From: Mytilus californianus
Taxonomy: Eukaryota
Direction of reading: 5' to 3'
Length of the DNA stretch: 64,000 nucleotides
NCBI RefSeq assembly: GCF_021869535.1
Contig: NW_026262690.1
Location: 92,380,001-92,444,000 of the forward strand
Shown here: piece by piece, positions 51,301 to 60,300 of the stretch
Layout of the letters: each line of letters starts with the position of its first letter
Numbering within the stretch: position 1 is the first letter of the stretch
Position numbers and translations under genes: made by a program
The notes under the pieces: model-generated
Told to the model about the DNA's origin: nothing
What the model saw: only the letters and a program-made list of their open reading frames with translations
Databases searched by the model: none

Positions 51301-54300
51301 TCCGTATTTTACTTATAAATGGACTTAGTTTTTCTGCCGGGAAATATTACATTCACTCTGTGGTTTAAAGTTTTTAAAATTTTAATAACTTTCTTAAACT
51401 ATCCTGGGTTTGTACCAAACTTGGACAGAAGCTTGTTTATGATCATAAGATAGTATCTAGAAGTAAATTTTGTAAAAAAATAAATCCATTTTTTCCTTAT
51501 TTTACTTTTAAATGGACTTAGATTTTCTGCCAGGAAACAACACATTCACTCTGTGGTTAGAGTTTTTAAAATTTTAATAACTTTCCTATACTATTTTGGA
51601 TTTGTACCAAACTTGGACAGAAGCTTGTTTATGATCAAAAGCTAGTATCTAGAAGGAATATTGTAAAAAAATATATCCGTATTTTACTTTTAAATGGACT
51701 TAGATTTTCTGCCAGGAAATAACATATTCACTCTGTGGTTAAAGTTTTTAAAATTTTAATAACTTTCTTATACTATTTTGGATTTGTACCAAACTTGGAC
51801 AGAAGCTTGTTTATGATCAAATGCTAGTATCTAGAAGGAAATTTTGTTTTCTTCAAGTTAACATTACATTCAGTCTGCAGTTAAAGTTTTTAAACATTTA
51901 TTAGATTCATAAACTATCCTGGATTTTTACCAAACTTGGACAGAAGCTTCTTTCAAGATAGTATCAAGAGGAATATTTTTATTGATTAACTTCCTCATTT
52001 TTGTTGAGCCTGCGATTAACAGAAAAAGTAGGCGAGACACTGGGTTCCGCGGAACCCTTACGAATTTTTAAATGCAATGGTTCGTTCTTTGGAGTTTAGT
52101 TCCAAATTAGTTTATTATTCCAGTTAATAAGAACTTCATAAACAATGCTTACAGCAAAGATTAGTACAAGAGTACCATGACTTTCCCAGAAAGTGTCAAC
52201 TTCATAATGAAAAAAAATTGTTCGAGTGGATCTCTATTTTTACTTCCTTATGAGCTTCTTCCATCTAGTGTTTATGTCTAGAGCTGAAGATTTAAAATAC
52301 AAAATTAATGAACATTGATGCAAATTTAAAGCTAGCCATAAATTGACTACCTTTTTAGCAACACCAAACCTGGACAAAGCGTAGCTAGTTACTGCATGAA
52401 AGATTATCTCCCCCCCCGAATGTAAATGTTAGTCTTAACTATTGTACTAGAATTTTTTCTATTCAAACACATTTTGCTTTTGCAAATATTTAAGATATTC
52501 ATATTAGCTAAATGTCTATGGTTGTCAAACTATGTTTTTGTTACATGTTTGTCAGTAAATTAAAAAGAATTTATGTAGTTATTGTAGATTTACAGACAAA
52601 ACACCATTGCACTTTCAGTCATCGATGGAAACTAAAACATTGTTTCCTGGAAAAACTAAAGCACATGGGAAAAGGACAAATTATTGCACACAAATTTAAA
52701 AAGTCTTCAAATAAAAGAGAATTTAATTCATTTAAGTGGTCAACTGTTTAAAAGTAAACATTGATTTGGACAATAAAAATAAATCTTTGATATTTTTTTT
52801 GAAGAAGTTAGAATTCAACAAATTACAAAAATACACAATCAAGCTAATGGTCATAAAATCATGACAATAATTGTAATTGTGTTTTTTTTTAGAAAATGGA
52901 GGCCCAGTTGAAGACTTGTGAGGGACAATTAAGAGATCTTCGACAAAGAGGGGAAGAGTTATCTGTTGTTGCTCCAAAGATGATTAATCCTACAGAAATC
53001 AAAGCATTACAGACTAGCTATATGGAACTGCAACAAAAGGTAACCTTTTTGAATACTTGAAAATCCTGAATCAACAGACTGTTGACAAATTATACTTGAT
53101 ATCATTAAATTTTTCATTATATTTAAATTATACATTTCTGGTAAGAGGTATCTTACTTAAGGAATTATGAAAATAATTTATATCTTTCATATCTAAATAA
53201 TTTTATATTTATTTCAGGTGATGGACAAGAAAGCTGACATACTGCAGTCTGTGTCAGTACAGGATCAGTATGAGAAACTTCTACAGGACTATGCTGAGTT
53301 CCTGGAAACAGCCAATGAAAAACTGAAAACAGAAACCATTAATGTCAAGGACCTTCATCAACTCAAACAACAGCTGGCTGCTCATAAAGTATGTATAACA
53401 TATATAGATGAGGGTCCTAAGGGGTGATTTGTGTAAGGAAGAATGTGAAAAAAAAAAAAAATTTAATGATTGTTTCTTTTTGGACATAACACCATGAGTA
53501 GCAACCTTTTAGCACAAATAATTTGAAATAAAAACTAATAAACTAATAAAGGATGAATCAAAAATGAAACTATCACTTGATGAGCTATAAGACCAAAAGG
53601 GAGTTAGAACCAAAGTTTCTAAATAATTTCTATGGTAAATTGGTTGACAGAGACAATTTTAGAAAGGTATGTTATAGGTCATGTCAATACACATGCATCT
53701 ATTTTCCCTCAGTTGTAAATAACTGATAATTGTAAATATAATTTTTTTTACAGGACTTCTTCAGTGATTTGGAAGTCAATAGAGCCATGTTAGATACCCT
53801 GTCTCAACAGTGTGATAAAAATACCCAGCAATCCCATCTCTCCATGCACACACGGCTAAACAACCTGACCTACATTATCCTAGACAAAGCCAGTTTACAT
53901 GGACAAAGACTTGAAAGACTCGTAAGACAATGGCAGGAATTATCTGAAAAGCATGACCAATTACATTCCTTTCTGGAAGACATTGAAAGACAAATGCCGA
54001 GACCTGTAGCAAGTAACGATTCCATTATGGCAATTCAGGAAAAGATCAGCACATACCAGAGGCTACAGAGGGAATTGACTGATGAGAAACCTATGGTGTT
54101 CCAAGTTGTTGATAAGGGGAAACAACTCTTGCACAGTGTCAACTGTCCTGGGTTGGAGGCAGAGGTCACTGAATTAGCAGAAAAATGGGTTAACCTGAAT
54201 ACAGCATTATCTTTAGAATTAAAGAGGTGAGTTAATGTGTCTGATGTAAAGATAAATTACCTCGTCAGTCATGGGTCTTTTGTGTCAAAGAATTTTGATA

Positions 54301-57300
54301 TAATTTGAAATATTTCTGTTTTGAAGAAACAAAAATGTGTAACTATGTTCTTTTGATATACCTTATCCTCACATGATTTTTTTCATAAAAATGATCATTC
54401 AATTTCTTTTTAGTTCTGTTTAGTATTTTTCTTTTCTTTTCTTCAGAACTGAGAAGTTGGGAGAGCAACTTCAAGCATTTGAGGCTGAGGCAGCTGTGTT
54501 GAGAACGTGGCTACTGACAGCTAAGATGAAACTTACTGATATCAAACATTTATCTGACCAAGATCAACAGAGTATTGCCACCATAAGGAGTAAAAATGAT
54601 AAACTCTTGGTAAGTTTAGAAAGCACTGAAAAATTTAAGGAAAAGTCCAAAAGATATTTTTTTATGTTTCTTGCTACCTGATTACCTTCTGTTATAACCC
54701 CAAACTCATATAAAAAACAAATACAAATATGGTATGTATTAGAACAGAGACGAATTCTTTGGGATATTTCAAGGATTTTTTTTCTGCCCTGTATATGGGC
54801 TGTTTTGGTCATGATCAATGTATATTTTATACATAAATGTTTTCATTTTTACAGGAATTCAGAAAAGAAGTAGAAAACCAAGAAGGCCTGAAGAGTAAGA
54901 TTATGTTTGTTGGTAAACAGTTATCAGAAAACCAGACATATGATACTGCAGGCCTGGAGAAAAACATGGCATGGTTAGAGGAACAGTGGGGCTTACTGGA
55001 ACATGATATAAACAAAGCTGAAGAGTACCTACATCAAGCTCAGATGGACCTGATGCCCTCACGTCAAGCTCTGACTGAATTGGCAACATGGCTGAATGAA
55101 ATGGAGGAGGGAGTCAGACAGGAGATATCAAAGCCTGTCAAAAATATGGCCGACATTGAGATCTCCCTTAAAAAGTTCAAGGTAAATTTTCACATACTGT
55201 CGACACAAATATTGAAATTGCCAAGGCCCTGAACTGATGTTATAAAAAGTAAATAAAATTTGAAACAAAAAAAATAGTTATGCAATGTTAAAATATGAAA
55301 CTAATTTTTTTGAAGTTATGTTCTGAATGAAGAAAAAAATATAAAAGAATGTCTGACACTATTTTTACATTACCAGATAATCAGTAAGAAAGGGAACCAT
55401 TTTTAAAACTGATTAAGTTTGATTTAACGAAAATAAGAAACTATTTATAATTTAAAGGTTGAAAAATAGGAATTGGCATAGGATATCCATAGAAAAAATT
55501 TGAATATTATCATCTTTGCCAAATTCTGAGCTTGAAATTATACGTAGAAAATTTCAAGTATATAGAATTTGAGAAAAGTACCTTCCAATTTTCATATTCC
55601 AACTTTAAGGACATGTTTTATTAATAATTGCAGGATTTCAAAATTGAGCTCCAAAATAAGCAGTTGACTATAGATTTCGTAAACCAGTCATCTTTACAAA
55701 TTGGTACCCAGGATTCAGAGTCCACATCTCACATGTCATCTGACAAAACAGAATTTGCTGAACGTCTCGGCAGTTTGAACAAACGATGGCAGGCTCTCAG
55801 CCATGATGTAAATGAACAATTGAGAACATTTGAAATGTTACAAAAGAAATGGGAAGAGTATGAATCTAGTCTGTCACGATTACAAGACTGGTTCCAGGAA
55901 CAAGAGGACAAAGTTAAACAGTACCGTCTGATTGGTCATGAAATCAGTGTCAAACAAACTCAGAAGGAATCAAAGGTTCGATGATTTTTAGCGATAATCA
56001 TAAGATCAGAAGCATTTTGAATAAAATTTATCAAAGTTTTAAGAAAATATACATGATACTTAAGTTGTAGATTTGGTGCTGTATGCTTTGGATATGTAGA
56101 ATATAAGAAAACTAGAAGTCAAAATTGACCAGGAAAATGTGTTTTTGGTTGTAGAAATACAATTTGCATACAGTATTTTGAATTTTTGAATTTAGGGTAC
56201 CGTTAATAGTTCCCTTGCACCAGTTAGAAACTAGCGTTTGATTTTTTCAAATGAAAAAATATACTTTTTTTATCACACTACCAATTATTGAAAAATCTAT
56301 ATTTGCTGGTATAATATTGAAAATATTTCTAGTTTCTATCATAAATGAAAGCTTGATGAAAACAGTAAGTTACTGTGGAATTTTAAAAAATCTTGGTCAC
56401 TTATAGACTGTCTGACACTAATAGACAGAATAAATTATTCTGCAATCAATTTTGATAATTGACAAAGTGAATACATCTTTTTTATATTTATGATATAATA
56501 GATGCTGCAGCAAACTTTGAAAGCCAAAGAAGACGAGATAGATCACGCTCGCAGTCTTGGAGAACGATTGGTTGAACTAAGTCGCGATTCTCCTGGTTGT
56601 CAACGTAGCATTCAGTCTAGTCTAGATCACCTTAACAGAAGGTGGCAGCACCTGTATGACCAGGTACAGGATCTCCAGAGTATTTTGAATGAACTTCTGA
56701 GTCAGTGGGAAGCTTATCATAAAGAATTACAGGGAGTCAATCAGGTGTTATCAGAGACAGAATATTGCCTGAGTAGATATTCAAGTGTTGGAGCTGATCT
56801 TATCACACTGAGGATGCAAGTGGAAAAATTAAAGGTTAGTAGATATTTTGATTTCAATACTTCACATATGTTAGGCCAGTTTTTGGATTACATAGAAAAT
56901 ATAATAATATAAATGCTAAAAATTAAATCAAAATTAGAAATAATCATTGATGATTTGGATGTTGCCATCTTTTTTCAAGAAATATTATCCAAACTACAAT
57001 TTAAGAAAATCTGATTAAGAATCATTTATGGATGATTTTTATTGCTTTATAGCTTATTTCCTATTGAAAAAACTTTGAAAAAAAATAAATGCTGAATTTT
57101 TTATACCAGTACAAACCCTGATCAGTGGGGATTTTGTTAACTCAAAGGGTCACCCAAGTTCACTCAAGTTATGAAAGAAGCATAAAAATAAGAAATGTCT
57201 TTCTGTATTACAGGGTCTTCAAAGTGATGTAAATAAGAATACACAGAAATATGACAGATGTTTGGCTTTAGGTTCTCAGTTGATGCAGGTCTGTGAGACT

Positions 57301-60300
57301 CCAGCCAAACAAGACATACAGAAGAATCTGGCAGATTTACAGAGCAGGTTTGTTCTTTGTCCTTTTCAATTATCTGTGTACAGCAGTTGAAAATCTTATT
57401 TTTTATATCACAACATGGAATATTAGAGAATCAATCAATGTTGTGCTAATAACTAATTGTCAAGTGTCAAAAGTGAGGCGAAAGATACAAATGGGACATT
57501 CAAACCCATTAGTTTAAAATAAACTGACGCCATGGCTAAAAATGAATAAGACAAACAAACAACAGTACACAAAACTCAACATGGAAAACTAAAGACTGAG
57601 CAACACAAACCCCACCAAAAACCGTCAAATGTCCTTTTTGTGCTGCTATAAGCATCATAGATAGCAATAAAAGAATAATTGGGTTATGCATCAAATAAAC
57701 CGCGACCTAACTGCAAATGAAAAAAACCCAACTGAAGACAATTAGTAGTCCAAAAACGAATCGACCGATGTCTATATCATATATTAAGCTCTGAATCGAT
57801 CTGAGTCTAAATAATTTGGGAATGAATTTAATAATGCCAAATAAAAAATATGATTAAAGAAAATCACAAGCGAGGTTCTTGCCTTCTTGAATGGTGTTTC
57901 GGTTGTCACTATTATGGCTATATATGATGATAACTGATATCCAATGTATTCAAGGATAAAGGAAGAAAATAAGAACTGGTCTATATTACTACAGATCTAG
58001 AAATTAAGGTCACAGTTCATTGGTAAATTGGGATTTTTTATAATGACCAAAACAATTTTTTTATTGAAGGTGGCAAAGCATGACGGGTGATCTCCGCGAC
58101 AGATTAGCCATGTTTGAAGCATGCTTAACTCAATGGCAACAGTATGAACAAGAATATAACAAAGCCAGAAGATGGCTTGATGCCAAAGAGAGGCTCTGTA
58201 ATGAACTGGTAGCCATTAGGGAAGATAGCAGTAGGAGGGATGAGTGCCTACAAGAGAGCAAGGTTTGTTTTATGCTGTGTTATCATGTTGAAAATCATAT
58301 GCTAATGCCCCTGTAACCAGTTTTTCCTGCAACTGCTCAGTTTAGTTATGATTTTATTCAGAGCAATTTAAAAAAAGTAAGGTGTTGAACTCTGATTTGT
58401 ATTAAAATTTGTGATGTTTTTTATTCTCTATGAAATTCAAAAATTTAAATGCTTTAAATAAAAGTTCTTTTACACTACAGATCTTGAAAATGGAAAAAAA
58501 AACAAGAGTTATTGCGATTAAGATTGCATTGATTTATATTAGGTAGAAGATAAGAGGCTGTATCTCCTTAAACAATATCGAAAAACTGAACATAACAAAT
58601 CTGTTTATTATAAAGTTGACTAATTCAGTGTTATTATTTTTTTTAATTTTTAGACTCTACAACGAGATCTGGACAACTTCCAAACACAATTATCTAGTCT
58701 TTACCATCTAAGTGATTCCGTAACTAAAAACATGGACAATTCATCAATCGTTAATCTTACCTCACGTCTTTCATCATTGGACCAAAGAGTCATGGCATTA
58801 AGACAAATCTTATCAAAACAAGTAGAAGCATTACAAGGTGACTTATCACAGCGACAGAGATTCAAAGTATTGTTCGATTCAGTGACAGCCTTCGTGAATC
58901 GGGCGGCAAGGACACTTGGTGAAGCAGAACCGGTAAAGACTTCAGACACATTAGTGTTACAAAGTCGACATGAGAAACTTAAACATTTAACCTCAGAATT
59001 TGCTGATAATATGACAGAACTAGACAATTTGAATGATCTTGGATATAGACTTGCCCTCGATGAGACTAGTGCTATTAACTTACGAGAACTGAACCATAAA
59101 TGGCATGAATTATATAGTGAGGCTAAGGAAAGGAGTAAGGACGTGCAAGGTCATTTACTTGCACAACAAGATTTCACTGGTAAATGTGACACTTGGATGA
59201 CCTTCTTAGCTGAAACTGAGCAAGATCTGTCCACAGAAATTGGCAGCAATTTACCAGAACTAGTCAGTCAGCTCAGAAAATGTGAGGTAAATTAGACGAG
59301 TTCACTAAACTTTCATATTTCATGATTCTTTATAATAGAAGAGATCTGTAATATGGAATGAAAGAAATTCTCAATCTTTTTCATTATGTACAATATATGA
59401 TCTACCCTAATTCGCAAAATGGCATTAAATAGTCAAAAGCAATCTAAACCCAACACAAACTTATTTCAAATCATGACTGTTTCATAAAGCAGAGATCATA
59501 GTTTCAGTCCTCTGTAGGCAATAATATATTTTATTGTACTTCATGTTAAAATGCCAGATTTTGAATGGCTTATACGAGGGAGATAATTTACTATATCCCA
59601 TGGCTCAACGGATGTCAATTTTATGAATGGAACCCTCTTGTGCAGGCCAACACAATCTGCAATTTAAAGGACAATGAATTGAATTTACATCAGTAATTTT
59701 AAAGACAATGCTTAAGTTCTACGTTTTATATAAAAGATACATCTTGCTTTACTTTTGTTGTTTTTCTAATAACTGTTACATTGTTATGTACATGACGTCA
59801 TAGTCAATTAATTTCAATTTAAAATTTTAAAGACAATAATGGTAGAACATTCAGTATAATAAATTAAATAACACATAGTCGAGAGAGTAATAGAGCTTTG
59901 CCTTTGTGACAATGTTTTCTCAGGGTAACAATCTGCTCTATAAGTTACACTCTCAGTTACTGTGGATTCATTAATATTCGTTGAATACCAATTTTCGTGG
60001 ATTTCGTAGGTACAGGGGAACCACGAAATTCAAATGTTCAATGAATTGCTAATTGTGTAAAGGAATGTATGCAAACTTTGCCAAAACCACGAAATTAAAT
60101 ATCCACGAAAATGCAAGTTTTCCTCAATCCACGAAAATAAATGAATCCACAGTATGTGTTATTTGTATATTGTTTGTGACTTCAGATCATACATAATGTA
60201 ATTGTAAGGTTGTAAATTCTTAGGCAAAGTTGATCTTAGACAATTTTTAACGTTCTGTTGACCATTTTCTTTATTTTGTTTCACAGAAATTTGAGTCAGA

